Shown here: one piece after another, positions 63,466-64,000 of the stretch
How positions within the stretch are numbered: position 1 is the first letter of the stretch
How the letters are laid out: every line of letters starts with the position of its first letter
From: Roseomonas sp.
GTDB lineage: Bacteria > Pseudomonadota > Alphaproteobacteria > Acetobacterales > Acetobacteraceae
NCBI GenBank assembly: GCA_020249465.1
Contig: JADCFP010000026.1
Location: 10,861 to 74,860 of the forward strand
Direction of reading: 5' to 3'
Length of the DNA: 64,000 bases
Program-made: the position numbers and the translations under genes
The notes under the pieces: generated by a model
Database searches by the model: none
Told to the model about the DNA's origin: nothing
What the model saw: the letters and a program-made list of their open reading frames with translations, nothing else

Positions 63466-64000
63466 GTGACCAGGCGGAAAGCAAGGGGCCGGTGGTCTTC
63501 ACCCGGTATGGCGTGGCGCATGGCATGCGCACCGCCCTGCCCTTGGTGATTGGTACCTTCCCCTTCGGCCTGGTGGTGGGCGTGATTTCGGATCAGAAGG
63601 GGCTGTCCTGGCTGGAAACGGTGCTGATGGCGGCACTACTATTCGCGGGGTCATCACAATTACTGGCTTTGGAACTTTGGTCCGATCCGGCGCCGATCAT
63701 GGCTGCGACCATTGCCGCGCTTGTGGTGAATATCCGCATGGCGCCGATGGGTGCGGCTTTGGCGCCTTGGTTGGACAAGCTGCGGGGTGTTCAGCTTTGG
63801 GGCAGCCTGGCCTTCATGGTGGATCATGCCTTCGCACTTTCCGCGGCTGAGCAACGGCGTGGTGGGCGCGATGCCGGATTTCTGCTCGGCATCGGTGTGA
63901 CGCTTTGGTGCTTCTGGAATATCTCGGTCGGGCTTGGGCATATCATGGGCTCGGCGGTGCGGTTTCCGGCGGGGCATCCGCTGTATTTCGCAGCCATCGC
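63462..64000 (+). CDS. azlC: AzlC-family branched-chain amino acid transport protein (3' end outside window)
   Basis: Not in ORF track (open to the window edge). The ATG at 63462 overlaps the recX stop (ATGA). ...ALPLVIGTFPFGLVVGV...LLFAGSSQLLALEL.... Confidence 0.8.
   Translation, partial: MSDQAESKGPVVFTRYGVAHGMRTALPLVIGTFPFGLVVGVISDQKGLSWLETVLMAALLFAGSSQLLALELWSDPAPIMAATIAALVVNIRMAPMGAALAPWLDKLRGVQLWGSLAFMVDHAFALSAAEQRRGGRDAGFLLGIGVTLWCFWNISVGLGHIMGSAVRFPAGHPLYFAAI

Overview
GC-rich (not computed) 64-kb chromosomal segment that looks alphaproteobacterial. The evidence is gene order (ftsB-pdhA-pdhB with an N-terminal lipoyl domain-pdhC-lpdA-lipA-SRPBCC/RatA-like) and many Bug/TctC solute-binding proteins; the taxon is inference only. 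I call 65 protein-coding genes, 1 probable pseudogene (frameshifted rhomboid), 2 tRNAs (Leu-CAA, Val-GAC), several intrinsic-terminator-like hairpins and a small REP-like palindromic repeat family. I see no rRNA, CRISPR array, transposase, integrase or phage genes. Content is housekeeping genes (typA, PDH complex, lipA, arfB, HU, recX, pbpC, rlmM-like) interleaved with uncharacterised small-molecule uptake and catabolism clusters. These comprise six orphan Bug binding proteins, one TRAP system, hydantoinase A/B, a split TPP decarboxylase, PrpD-like, amidohydrolase, enolase-superfamily, TfdA-like and three D-2-hydroxyacid dehydrogenases. No clear novel defence-type system is visible. The items most worth follow-up are: the REP-like element family; the AT-rich palindrome-dense island upstream of pdhA; the regulator-less catabolic block at 38.6-47.6 kb (split TPP enzyme + PrpD-like + stand-alone YrdC-like + amidohydrolase); the cytoplasmic NMT1-like/maleate-isomerase-like pair next to the TRAP system; the bactofilin operon; and the pbpC-moxR-vwa string. 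All protein family calls rest on motif and sequence recognition from memory, not on searches. Many long ORFs in the supplied track are antisense or N-terminally over-extended artefacts of high GC, so I moved starts to ATG/GTG codons with Shine-Dalgarno support.
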